A stretch of 64,000 nt of DNA from Obrimoposthia wandeli (taxonomy: Eukaryota): positions 372,001 through 436,000 of the forward strand of contig CDROCS010001382.1 of NCBI GenBank assembly GCA_977020255.1, written 5' to 3'. A program made the translations under genes and the position numbers. Within the stretch, counting starts at the first letter, position 1. The number at the start of each line of letters is the position of its first letter. The notes under the pieces are model-generated. The model was not told the DNA's origin, did no database searches, and saw only the letters and a list, made by a program, of their open reading frames with translations. Shown one piece after another: positions 39,779 through 51,583 of this stretch.

Positions 39779-42240
39779 TGTCACGTTTCTGGAGTGGAAG
39801 ACGGCAATGTTTTGCAGCGACATCGTGAAGTTCTTCCCTTGCAGTATGGCTCACAAGCTCATCAGAACAGTTAAGCATTCTGAAAGCATGAACCACCGCT
39901 TGGACGGCGTAGTCGTCAAGGGCAGAAGTTAGGCCAAGGCCACATTGTTTGTTGGATGCATATAGATAGGAGTTACTGGTTGTTTTCGGCAGATGAACTA
40001 TACTTTTGATAACTCCTCTAATACGAATATCATAGCCACCTTGAGACAATTTTCGACTATCTTCAGAACGCTCGTAAGAGTGCAACAGTGCAAGTCGTAT
40101 CCATGCCAGTCTCAGAGTGAATGTAAGCCTAGAGATAATAAAAGTTTTTTAGGTGTCGATCATTTGCCAAGGCCGAAGTGTGCTTTTGGCAATCTTCTCC
40201 ATGTCGAAAACGGCCGTATCGAGAAGTTCTTTAGGATCTTGTCTGTGAGAATGACCAAATTCTACACCTAAGTAGCGATAAGGCGGGTCCAAAACTGTCG
40301 GCATCTCGCTTCCACTGATCATAATTCGGTACACCGGACTCACAAAACGCGGCTGGGGCAGGATATTACGCCTGCTGCAGTAGAGAATACTGGGGTTCGA
40401 AGTTTTCTCAGGAGAGGCTGGATCAGCAGGGAGTCGCAAGTATCCGCACTTTCCAGGGTTAAATTTGAGATTTGACCAGGTTGCCATCTCTTCAGCTTTG
40501 TCAACCATAGCTTATAGGACATCATTGGTGCTGGCAAATAAGGCCAAATCATTGGCATAGGACAGTACATCGATCCTCTTACCATGTAATTGAATGTCTG
40601 TATCTGGAATTCTAGATATTTCAGAAAGGACCGGGTAACCTGAAAAAAAAGTAACATTGAAAGTGGGCAACCCTGTCTAACTCCACGACTGATCGGGATT
40701 GCTCCAGTTGTAAGTAGTCCACAGAAGTATCTGGAATCACATTCAGAGTAGAGTGACTTGATCAGCTTACATGAGTTATCACTTATCCCCATTCGTCGAT
40801 ATGTCAAGGAAGCCAATGTGGACCTTCAAAATGAAGTTGTCTCGTTTCCGACTCTCGATGATGCTGTTCAGGATGAATGTATGCTCAGTGCACTCCTCGA
40901 AATTCCCAGCACGTTTCTGGAGAGGATGCAGCAGCTGGTTCTTGGTAATTCATTCTTGTATTTGCCAGGCAAGACATGACGTGAATACCCTGTAGCATGT
41001 ATTCAGCATGGCAATAGGACGCCATGAAGAAACCTGGTCGTACTTACCATATTTGTTTGGTTTGGGTATCATCAATGTCCTAAACTGCCGCCAGGTTGTT
41101 GGCATGATTATATCAGTCATAATCTTGTTGAATAAGCTGGTGAGTAGAGCACAGCTTCGGTCGCAGTATCGTATGTCTGAGTAGAGTATATTGTCCTCTC
41201 CGGGTGAGAAGTCAGATATACTCTTCAGAGTCATGCAACCTCGGTAGGAGTCATGTTTCCAAAGCAGAATTCCGGACCGGGCTTAATATTGGGACAGCAG
41301 TTCCAATCAGTGGCGGCCAGAGCTGGAGACTTCGATTCACAATATTGTGTAAGATTCTCCAGAAATGGATATGTTTCAGCAGATGTGGAATCCAGGATCT
41401 TGTCAATGACTGACTTCCGATTATGCCAGTACAACTGTGGAAGACTGTTAATGTCATCGTCATCTCTAGGGATAACATATGGTATAAAGAGAGACTTCTC
41501 CTTTCTGTGTCTGGGACGGTAGATGTGAGATAGAATCCCATTAGAGAGCTCCTCAATATCAGCATCGACACTGTTAGTCAGCAAGTCCTTTGCGATTTCG
41601 ATCCAGAATGCTTTACATAACAAAGGTTTCTGCTGTTCAACAACAATTTTCCTTTTAACAGGAGCAAGTTTTTTGAGATTCAACTCAATCAGCTTCTTCC
41701 TGATATTCCGGACGTCTATATTAAGCAGAGGTTACTTACTGGATAACCGTGATGCAATGCCACATATAACGGGACCACTGTCGCCATGGGTAGTGCGGCA
41801 CATCTGGAAGTCGTCACATATAGAAGAACTAAATGTAACATTGTTGGCCCGTGTAAAGATATCGATGTATTGAGTGAGTTTCTCTCCCAAACACTTAATA
41901 TCCAATTGCGGGGTCAGGCCGGTGTAGTTGAAGACGCAAGAGATCAATCTAATCCTGTTGTAAGTGAACAGGATCCAGCCTCTACCAGATATTTTGTGCG
42001 GGGCAATGACCAAATCGATGTCTTTGAACATTTTGAAAGTAATGTTCTCGTCAACGAATGATTCATCGCCCAGAAGTAAGCACCTGGTGGCGACAGGAGA
42101 GAGCACAAGTCCCCACTCGTTGTTGATTGTTCTGTTAAGCAGCACCTCCACATTTTTGGGCGAGAAGAAAACAGTACTCCTAATTTCCTCAATGCCGTCG
42201 GTGCTGCTCACTCAAGCGAAGACTGTCCAGAATCACAGCC
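39779..42240 (-). mobile_element. Non-LTR retrotransposon (R2/NeSL-like RT), decayed and 3'-truncated
   Basis: IPKPNK...SSWRPIAMLNTCYRVFT; GVRQGCPLSMLLF; SYANDL (YADD equivalent); NLKFNPGKC; PYRYLGV; LRPWQMID. No endonuclease domain is retained. Confidence 0.88.
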
Positions 42241-42339
42241 ATCAAAATTAATAGTTAAAGGTGTAAAATACTATTTTGTATATCAGGAAGTTGATAAAAT
42301 ACTAATAAAATGTTCAGTTCACTGAAGCTATCATGAATG

Positions 42340-43790
42340 TTACTGTGGCCATATAAGTTTCTTGTCGAAAATCACACCTACCACACCGTATAAACCACAC
42401 AAGGTTTTTCCAAGAGATTGAGAATACGCATTTCGAACAGAAAAATAGAAATAGATAAGAATTACACACCTGATGCAAAAATTGGTGTGAGACGATATGA
42501 AACAGTTACAAGAATAGGTCAACGATAGAATGATGGATCGTGCCGTGGAGGAACAAAAAAATGTGCGTGGTACCAAAGTAACATCCTTAATAATGGACAT
42601 GACTTACTAGATTGAATTAAAAACATGGACAGCCAGTTTTGATAAAACTACAAAAAGTATGATGAAGTTTCCGGAGAATAACAGTTACATCTTGTGATAC
42701 AGGCGAATCCACAATTGTATATCAAGTAGACCCAAAACAATTTTCGTTGATATTTTTGAAAGAAATCAAATTTAATAAAATAAAAGGTTTCCTGTATAAT
42801 AAAGGAGGAGAAGGATTCCATAACAAAACAGGACCAATTCCTACGACGCCAACACCTACGCTGTTAATGGCAACATCAACAGAAGAAGGATTGATATTTA
42901 TCAAAATAGGAAATAAAGCGCGATGCGGAATGACTGTTAGTACTACAAACTATCCTGGAATAGTTTTGTCAAAAGAATCAATAGCGATGACTGGAACCAA
43001 ACTAAAATCTAGTGATATGCAGCTACACATGTATTTTAATAATAAAATTGATTTCTATTATCATAAAGGATTGATTCAAATGGAACAGTTATATCAAATG
43101 ATGGTTGAGAGAGATTGCCAATTAAATAAGGAGATCATAAGAACTAAGTTGGCACTAGCTATTACAAATCCAGACACGGTAGCCCCATTATTGCCTCTAG
43201 ACGAAGGAGTATTTGCTAAAACTATGGGAGAAGTAATTTATACGTACAGGTCTAAGAAAAGTGCTGGTACAATTGAGAAAAACGACTTGATGTACAAGTG
43301 AATTACTTGTAACGTATAACTCAAAACCACTTTTTGTAGAACCAATAACAAGGATGATACTTCCAAAGGACACTCCAACTAAAGAGATAAGTTGCTCTAA
43401 TATAATGGCAGTTGAATACCAATTATCGAGAGACTTATGGATAACGTTGCCTGACCGTAAGTAAACAAACACTCCAACTAAGATTTTTAAAGTGCAGGTT
43501 TATATAATGAGGAAGATCTAAAAGTGGCCTGGAACGAAATAATGTTTCCAGTAAGAACATCCAGAGTACTTAAGGAAATGGTACATTGTACATTACCACC
43601 AGGAGCTACATATGCGAATTTTGATATGATATTGTCGGCAAGTCATTTCAAAGAAGCGGCACACCATACTCGTAGAAAATGTGAGGAAAATTCCTTGTAT
43701 TAGGACAATTATTTTCAGGTATCATATTTATTTATGTTATAATAAAATTTGTACATTAAATTATAACTCAAGTGTTGTCAGAAATTCAAA
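42340..43790 (+). pseudogene. Chuvirus-like/gB-like envelope glycoprotein of element B
   Basis: DGSCRGGT; RCGMTVSTTNYPGIVL; YFNNKIDFYY; DCQLNKEIIRTKLALAITNPD; FAKTMGEVIYTY; GLYNEEDL...IMFP; TM FLVLGQLFSGIIFIY. Clearly homologous to 38215-39778. Confidence 0.8.
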
Positions 43791-44570
43791 CAGGAAAAGC
43801 ACCTAATTTTGACAATAGTGACCAGATTCCTGAAGAAAAAAATAATCAAAATAAACTGTGTTGTTATTTAAATAGTCGAATTGAAGATATATTCGAAGTA
43901 ATGCGAGAAATAAACGAATGTGACAAACAATATCGAGAAGTAACTTTCGAAGATCCAAGACTTAAAAAATGGGCAAAAAAGGGATTTTTTGCAACGAAAA
44001 AGGATGGTAAATATGTAATTAAATGCCACGAGTGCAAGAAAGAACGAATTATTTACAGATATACTCTTGAGCTACCTAAGAAATGTTTAAATTGCGAATT
44101 TTGTAATTAAAAAAACAAAAAGAAGCAAAAAGAACGAATAACAGAATGTATAGTCGAATATCAAATCACACTTAAAGAGATTTTGGCTCAATGTCATTCA
44201 TGAGAAGATTATATCCAAAAGAAGTAGACAGAATCAGAGAATTGGTAGAATTAAAAATAAAAACAACGCTAAATGGATAGAGATAAATTTTAAAATTATT
44301 ACGAGATAAAATTGACAGTACAATTGAACCAAAGCAGAAAGAGTACATACATGAACTAGAATACATGCTAGAAGATCCAGAATGCGCAGTATACATGGTC
44401 AACAAAGTAGAAGTTGCCTTTTTACCGTGTGGACATGTGAGAACATGTCGGATATGTGCAAACGAAATGGTAACATGTCCGATTTGTAGAACAATAATAG
44501 ATCGACAATTGAGAAATATCAGATTTCACTATCCAAACAAAGAAATTAGACCGATAAAATGTAACAATTC
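43772..44570 (+). pseudogene. IAP-like (degenerate BIR, linker, C3HC4 RING) between env and protease
   Basis: KWAKKGFF...VIKCHEC (BIR-like); KEYIHELEYMLEDPECAV...VEVAFLPCGHVRTCRIC...CPICRTII..LRNIRFH. Confidence 0.78.
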
Positions 44571-44963
44571 GATAAATACTTTATACCACATGGGAAATAT
44601 ACATGGAGCACAGCGACCAGCAGCTATCATTAGGATGAACAATTTAAAAATAAAAGCCTTAATAGACACAGGCACAGTAGCATTGATAGTGAGTGAAGAT
44701 TATTTGACAGAGGAACAGAATCAACAATGTCAGAATCAGATAAATTCTTGGTATCGGTCAACGGAAACCCTGTAAACGTGACGGGAATATTACCATGTAC
44801 ATTTGTAATATGATGTAATACGACCACTATACCAGTTAGAATCATGAGAGAGTGTCATGAACTAACCATTTTAGGAATGGGTCAACTGTCACAACTCAAA
44901 GGAATAAGTATCAGAAGTGTAAAGTGTCGGTTCTAAAACAATAGCACACAAAGCCCCCCCCCC

Positions 44964-47700
44964 AATTAGTGCAATCTCTAAAGTTTAACATGTCATTATT
45001 AGTAAAAACCATAGGAACATTAATACTATTTACCCAAAAATCTGCCACTTCACCATTTATCAACTCAGTTAATTTATCTACAAAGTTTTTAGCACACTGC
45101 AGACCGTAATAACTGAAATATTGTATTGAATTATTAGTGTTGTTTTTCAAAATCATCCCTATAGATATTGGTTTATGAATGTGTTTGAAAGTATTATGTG
45201 GTTCGAGTATTGACTCAAAGTCGGCATATACAACAAATGGTGGCGCAATAGATTTAGACCAGTCGGAAAATTGACACTTGATCTCTTTAGGCATTGTAAA
45301 CAAGGTTGTTAAATCTGTATTAATATTACAATGTGCTCTGTGTTTGTCATATGAAATCGTGGTTCGAAATCCAAAAAGACATTTCTCACACCAAAAGAGA
45401 CGCACATTATATTTTTGAGTATTTAAAAGTCTATTCAGGTTTGTAATCCCTGTATAGTGATAATTACCGCTCTGTTCCAACAGCAACAAGTTTACTACTT
45501 TTTCGCACTGTTTAAGACTCGTTCTATAAATAACATTAACATCTGGGTTTTTAAACACTAGATGACTACTATGAGGCTCTACCTTTGTAGGTTTATAGGA
45601 GAATACTGTTATCGCTATATTATTGAGTTTTTTAAACGCCTTGATACCGTCTATCCTCATAGGACCAGGCTCACATATAAGTTCATTTAAATAATCATTA
45701 TAGTTTTCAACTCTTTGTCTGTTTCGATTGAAATCTTTATAGTGTAGGATACTGAGAACAGCGTATTTAAAACACTGATCATCAGTATTATTTACGTTCA
45801 CTATAGATAGTGTTTTAGCAAGCGCAACCGGGGTTTTTATAAATGATGATCCTGCTACGTTTGAAAGTGCGGTAAATTTAAAGGATACCAACAGAATTTT
45901 AAATGCTGACCATCCCGAACTCATATCCTTATAAATTTCAATTTTATTGTTGAGCTCAACTGTTCTTGTAGTGATAAAATCTTGTTCAAAAATATTTGCT
46001 TTACAGCTTACATGCTATGTTTTATGTTGACCCTCGTTATTGACAAATTCGGTTTCAACACCAAACTGTATTTTACAGGGACCAAACACATCTATACTGC
46101 TAGTAAGTTCAGTTAGCATAGTATCGTTAATGTATAGTTTAAGCATGTTTAATCCACTAACATCAAAAACAAGGTTTGATTGAATTGCACCTCCTATTTG
46201 ATTGTTAAAAGTTAATGTATTATCTGAATTAATTGTAACAATATTATCAAAGTCATCATCCGTAATAGTTAGGAGTGAGTCGAAAAAATCATTTTCTGTT
46301 ATAAACTCGTCCTGATCTATAAGTTCATCAATATTATTATTATTTAAGATTTCATTAGGGCTTAAAGGCTCAATAATTTTTACAACTTCAGGATAAGTAT
46401 CAATTTCTACAACACTATCCGGTTCCCACGAGTCTACCACATCAAACTCTTCAGTAAAATTATTAGTTTTTGCTATTTTATTGTTGTCTATTGTTGGTAC
46501 TCTCATTACTTTACGTTTGTATGCTGACTTTTTAGACTTAAAATACGTCAGATGATCCTTATGATCATTATAAAATGTTTGATAGTCAATACAATATAAC
46601 ACATCACAATGTGGACAAATAAAACCGCTTTTAAATTTATAATATTTAAGCATTTCACTATGACATTCTATTCCATGATTAACGTTTGTGCAATACTTGT
46701 ACAATGTACATAAGTTACTTCCTCCACGAAGTTTAGGGTATACATGGATAATAGCCCCCTCATGTAAAACATCACCGATAATAGCTTCCCTTTCAAAGGG
46801 CATGCCATTACGGTTAAAATAAATTTGATCAGTCTCAAAGACTTCATATAATTTATTTGCCAGATCTGTAATTTTCAGACCTGGACTAATATTAATGGGT
46901 TTGCAAGACCCTAATAAATTTGCAAATATTGTTATATCTGCTGGTAGTTTTCTCAATCTACGCAGCTTCTGACGAAATCTTTTACCTTTCCTACCTTCTG
47001 TTTTAAGTTTACTTAAATCAATATTTTGATTTTTTACTTTCTTTAATTGGTTAAAATATTTTTTAAACGGGATATTTTCAAAACCCGAGTATATCTCATT
47101 TACGTTGAAATTTTCTACTGAATTAACAGGTGACCCAACAGGTGTTCCTGGTTTAAAAAGTAAGGGGTAACCTCTTGATTTAATTAACTTATTCTGCGAC
47201 CCCATTCCAGGAGTTAGACTGCCCCGCGTTACTGGGCAGCTATCGCAGTCGGGAGAATAAGATTTTATATCCCTTATATCCCCAAAAAGTTTATATAAAT
47301 GAGTATCATATGGAGAATGAGAATGAGAATGAGAAGATGAAGAAGAAGAAGAAGGAAGTTGAGAGTGAGAAGATTTCTCAAGAGATAAAAAAACTTTTGA
47401 CATTTTCTTCTTTTCATCATCATCATCATATATTGTTGTTGGCATATTCTTCTTTTTCTTCTGCTTTCGGCTTCTTTTCTTAGTAGGAGCATGGTGCGTT
47501 GAAAGCCATGGTGCGATTGATATTGGCAGTGGTGTGACACTCTGTATTGCTAAAATAAATTAAAAATAATAATAATAATAATCAAAATTACCTTTCTTCA
47601 CAGGTGTCGCATCCAAGTCGACATCATCATCATCATCAGCCACTGCAGGCTTCATCGTCCATCTTTTCTTAGCATTATACGCGAAAATAATTTTTGACAT
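44964..47700 (-). pseudogene. PolB N-terminal part (spliced leader exons, ubiquitin-like domain, zinc motif, terminal-protein region, vOTU-like domain, exonuclease I), one in-frame stop, truncated by the TIR
   Basis: ORFs 47445-46015 and 45924-44911 are in the same frame, separated by one TAG. Motifs: SSGW, GSSFIKTP, NNTDDQCFKYAVLSILH, YHYTGI, VVYADFESIL. Leader exon 47700-47592 is flanked by 39-nt and 42-nt GT-AG introns. Confidence 0.9.
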
Positions 47701-48163
47701 CTAAAAAAATAATAATAAAAATAAAATCAAAATACTTACTTTTCGAATTGTGAATGAAATTGATAAATGACACTACACTGATTGTTTATATATGGTTCAC
47801 AATCAGTGTAGTTGCTGCCCTAGATGTACACGTCACACATCACGTGTGTACTTACAAACTAGGAATGCGTAATAAAGACTCTTTATTCCCTAGTTGCTAC
47901 ACACGTGATCATAAAGGTTAATTACGGTCAATCAATTATGAATATTTTCATAACCGATATTCACACCGTTAAACTTTAAATTTTTTAAAATAATTAACAC
48001 CATTAATTTTCTCTTAATTAGTAGATTTTAAATCTATTTTTTAATTTATCAAAACTCAAAAAAAAAAAAAAATTTAATTTCGATGGGACAGCTATTTATA
48101 AAACAAATACGATTTTGAATACAAATTTTATTACCAATCAACACAAATAAAAAGGTTTGACAT

Positions 48164-48487
48164 TTATATAGTTTGATCATACAACCATAAGATACATAGT
48201 GGACCGCAATTAGTAGTCAGTGGGTTTTGAGAACGAATTTTGTTGTAATATACATGTTTTCCTTGAGACTCTACATGCTTGATAAGTTTTCCCGGATAGT
48301 ATACTCCAAGAGGGTCATACACATGTACAGAATTCCGTCTCACGAATAACGCAATCCAGTGTTCTCCAGGAAGATTTGAGGTATGTGTATTGACAATATA
48401 TCCCCCAGGCGTTAATGTTGGGATTTTTTCCAACGGGTATACACCCTTAAATCGCGGTCCGAGCAGCAAACTAGTTATTTCATTCAC
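48164..48487 (-). CDS. Polinton adenain-like cysteine protease
   Basis: FKGVYP...YIVNTH...GEHWIAL...YDPLG...QNP.T.NCGPLCILWL (His, Asp, Gln, Cys). Confidence 0.9.
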   Translation of the reverse strand: MNEITSLLLGPRFKGVYPLEKIPTLTPGGYIVNTHTSNLPGEHWIALFVRRNSVHVYDPLGVYYPGKLIKHVESQGKHVYYNKIRSQNPLTTNCGPLCILWLYDQTI

Positions 48488-48571
48488 CTGAACAGTACTT
48501 TGGATTAATAAAATCTTAAAACATAAATTAAAAACTCACTTCATACAATCACACGTCGGCCTTTAGTTATT

Positions 48572-48982
48572 TCAAACTCGTTTTCTTCGTTTGTTTATAC
48601 TAGATGCTTTCTTTCTACCACTACCCTCTTGCTTTTTAGTTTCGGGTTCAACCGTTTGTGCTGCTTCACTTGCTTTACGTTTACGTCGATTTTTAATAAT
48701 TTTAACAACTGTACCAAAAGCTTCCTTAGCCTCCGGTATGGCTCCGGCAACTTCCCCTAGTGCATGTTGTTTAAGCATTGGTAACACAGATTTGTTGTTC
48801 ATTATTACATCTTGAACTGTTTTAACTCCAACACGGCCTAATCTTTTCAGTATAGGGAATGCTAACCGTCCCAATGTTTTCAACCATCCCGAACCGTACT
48901 GTTTACCTACAAAATATGGTAATTCACCACCTTGTTGAGGTCCACTAAATGTCTCAATTATATTCATAACTGTAATGGACAA
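48572..48982 (-). CDS. Polinton core/structural protein with QxGxG motifs, C-terminus cut by a deletion
   Basis: QQGGELPYF.GKQYGSGWLKTLGRLAFPILK; KQEGSG. The P3 homologue continues past KRRKRV. Confidence 0.75.
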   Translation of the reverse strand: MSITVMNIIETFSGPQQGGELPYFVGKQYGSGWLKTLGRLAFPILKRLGRVGVKTVQDVIMNNKSVLPMLKQHALGEVAGAIPEAKEAFGTVVKIIKNRRKRKASEAAQTVEPETKKQEGSGRKKASSINKRRKRV

Positions 48983-49003
48983 CTATTTTTGAATACAGAT
49001 TGT

Positions 49004-50173
49004 TTATACCTGATCTATACAACGGACATGTATGGTAAGGGATACTTTTGCATTGTTGGAAAAACTTATTGGAACACCTGCATCGTTTCTAATATTAATT
49101 TCAATGTTTGAGATTACATTTGATGCTAAAGGGATATACATGGGTCTGTATATTGCGATATTAACCGTGTCTCCTGGTGCTTTATTTTTATCTAACCATA
49201 TAGATTTTAATAAGGGTATCATTTGACCTCCAACGTTTACAGGTTCACACAGACTAGAATACAAGTACATGTGATCAAACTCGTAATTTAATCGAGGTAG
49301 TCCAGACCCGTTGCCCGTAAATCGTGATTTATCTAACCCTAATACATACCATAAACGTTGATCAAATCCAATATGCTCAATTCCATTCTTTAATACAAAT
49401 TTTATTAGCTTATCATTATCATCAATATAAAATCTTTTAAATATGACGTCGCATTTAGATTTAATGTATGCTACTAATGCATTTACATTATTATTATTTA
49501 AATCTTCTGTAAATACAATTTTCTTGTTGTATGAACCGGTTTTATAATGCATATATTGTAAATTATGTGCACTGCAATCAGGTCTGATAGACGTTGATCC
49601 AAGTAAAACTCCTTTATCATCAGACTCGAAACCTTCTGAAGTTAATGTATTGAAAATGAATCCTAATTCATTTTTAGCGTCAGCATCCATCTTGATATAG
49701 AATTTTTTGTTGTTGACGGATTTTATTAGTACAACATTATCCTTTTTATCAATACCTACACCAACTGTGCTTAAGGAAATAGAAAGCTTTGCAATCTTAT
49801 CTTTAGACGTGACGGTGAGTTTTGATATTTTATTAATTGTCTTTTTAATAACTTTTGGTTCTGATTTATCACCATGCAATTGCGGTTCTTTCTTTTCTAC
49901 TTCTACTTGAGTATGAATTACTGATAAAGATATTTGATCAGTCTGTTGATTGGAGAATTTAATAGAATAATTAATTTCACTGCCCTTATTTAAAATAACA
50001 GGAGTGTTTGTGTACGTAAATTCAGTTAATGCCGCCTCCCATTTACCATTTAACGTAATTGGATTCTCCCAATCTACAGTGAATAAGGAAGCCATATTAT
50101 TAGGTTGAGTTTTCGGACAACTATTACTCGGTAAAATCATATAGAAGTCTCTATCTGGCTTGCTTTGATCCAT
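49004..50173 (-). CDS. Polinton minor capsid (penton) protein
   Basis: FYMILPSNS...QPNN.ASLF...ITLNGKWEAALTEF; YLYSSLCEP..VG..IPLLK...YIPL...IEINIRND.G. Confidence 0.9.
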   Translation of the reverse strand: MDQSKPDRDFYMILPSNSCPKTQPNNMASLFTVDWENPITLNGKWEAALTEFTYTNTPVILNKGSEINYSIKFSNQQTDQISLSVIHTQVEVEKKEPQLHGDKSEPKVIKKTINKISKLTVTSKDKIAKLSISLSTVGVGIDKKDNVVLIKSVNNKKFYIKMDADAKNELGFIFNTLTSEGFESDDKGVLLGSTSIRPDCSAHNLQYMHYKTGSYNKKIVFTEDLNNNNVNALVAYIKSKCDVIFKRFYIDDNDKLIKFVLKNGIEHIGFDQRLWYVLGLDKSRFTGNGSGLPRLNYEFDHMYLYSSLCEPVNVGGQMIPLLKSIWLDKNKAPGDTVNIAIYRPMYIPLASNVISNIEINIRNDAGVPISFSNNAKVSLTIHVRCIDQV

Positions 50174-51171
50174 GTTGATTCAGAATATCCATGCCACTTT
50201 AGGAGATATTGTTTATTCTTACCACGGCCTTTAGATTTTACGACTTCTTGGATACGGAAAAGTGTAGGTTTATCAATTACTTGTAGTTCAGGTTCATAAA
50301 ATTTCCCTGTTATTACATTACAGTCATCATCAACTATAGAGTACATTACAGGATTTGCACGTTTGTCTATTTTCTCTATCCTAAACACTTCATCACTCCA
50401 ATTCTGATCAAAGTTTTTAATAAAGGGGCTACCACTAAACTTTGATATCCGAACATAATCACCAGTCTTATGTTTGGGTTTATTAACTTTATCGACTTGA
50501 TTACGACTCAACCAAATTTCCATTGCATTTTTATCATTAATATCGACAGGTCTCAATCCGTCTAAACCTCTATGCTTACTGTGATTGTATGAAGTCATAA
50601 CTTTTGGTAAAACGTCAACCCATCTTTTATTGCCTTGTGCAATAAAATGTCTTTTTAATCGATCTCTCAATGTTCTATTAAACCTTTCAACTAGGGCAGC
50701 TTTGAATTGTGAAACTACAGAGTAATGTTCAATATTTAATTTTTTAAATAAACTACCTACATTTTTGTTGTAAAACTCTTTACCCTTATCAGTTTGCACA
50801 TGTATGGGGACAGTTTTATCAGTCATTATACTTAGAGCAGCCTCTATATCCTTACCTGATTTAGATTTTACAGGTAATGCACGCGCATACCTTGTAAACA
50901 CGTCAATACATGTTAAAATATACTTGTTACCATCATTTATACTTGCATATGGTATCATTTCCATCAAATCGGCCTGCCATAAATCGTTAGGACCGCTTGT
51001 TCTGTATGCTCGAGTCGGGAACTTCCGCTTCATTGGCTTGTTTAGACTGTATGCTAGCTGATTGCTCAGCCATTTCTGAGTTTTCTTTTGACTCGATTGA
51101 CTTTTTAATGATAGTTTGCCAATGCCGCTGTACCCAGCTGGGTTTTCGGGATCGTACCATATCGTTTCCAT
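50137..51171 (-). CDS. Polinton retroviral-like (RVE) integrase with C-terminal chromodomain, intact ORF
   Basis: WYDPENPAG; WQADL...YILTCIDVFTRYA; QTDKGKEF; KAALVERFNRTL; GDYVRISK; YLLKWHGY. Confidence 0.95.
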   Translation of the reverse strand: METIWYDPENPAGYSGIGKLSLKSQSSQKKTQKWLSNQLAYSLNKPMKRKFPTRAYRTSGPNDLWQADLMEMIPYASINDGNKYILTCIDVFTRYARALPVKSKSGKDIEAALSIMTDKTVPIHVQTDKGKEFYNKNVGSLFKKLNIEHYSVVSQFKAALVERFNRTLRDRLKRHFIAQGNKRWVDVLPKVMTSYNHSKHRGLDGLRPVDINDKNAMEIWLSRNQVDKVNKPKHKTGDYVRISKFSGSPFIKNFDQNWSDEVFRIEKIDKRANPVMYSIVDDDCNVITGKFYEPELQVIDKPTLFRIQEVVKSKGRGKNKQYLLKWHGYSESTWIKASQIETSI

Positions 51172-51222
51172 TACAACAAGTGAATTTAAAATCGATGTTT
51201 GGTATGTTATTACCCATTTTGT

Positions 51223-51552
51223 TTATGAGTTTATCAATTTTGCAATCAAAGGAGATACTAAAGTAGCAATTATAGGTATTAATGCACCGATAAAACCACC
51301 TTTTTGTTTTAGAATTACTCTACGTTTACCAGTTTTACTTTTAGTATTCACTAAATCAAGTAAAGCTTTTTGATGTTTTCTAAGGTTATGTTTATGATTA
51401 CCGATTTTTACAGTACCTTTTGTAATATTAAACAAGACTTCAACCAACTTATCAATAACAAAGGGTGGAAATGACTTGAGTATACGTTGTCTATATATGC
51501 TTGGAGCCTTGATTAAAGCCTGAAAGTAGGGAAGTATAGATTTTGATAACAT
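51223..51552 (-). CDS. Polinton small core protein with KGG site and amphipathic C-terminal helix
   Basis: LVEVLFNITKG...KRRVILKQKGGFIGALIPIIATLVSPLIAKLINS. Confidence 0.75.
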   Translation of the reverse strand: MLSKSILPYFQALIKAPSIYRQRILKSFPPFVIDKLVEVLFNITKGTVKIGNHKHNLRKHQKALLDLVNTKSKTGKRRVILKQKGGFIGALIPIIATLVSPLIAKLINS

Positions 51553-51583
51553 GTTTAATGAATTAAACTATTTGCAATATTGT

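Noticed and set aside
44911-44963. C-terminal WGGGFVCYCFRTDTLHF of the PolB ORF and the start of ORF 55601-55957 as real protein sequence
   Set aside because: Both are read-through into the TIR sequence.
47194-47248. Assignment of the 55-nt motif to twister, HDV-like or hammerhead ribozymes
   Set aside because: It contains TAACTCC and CTAA-like pieces, but I could not place the required pseudoknots or catalytic cores on either strand. It is kept only as an unclassified structure.
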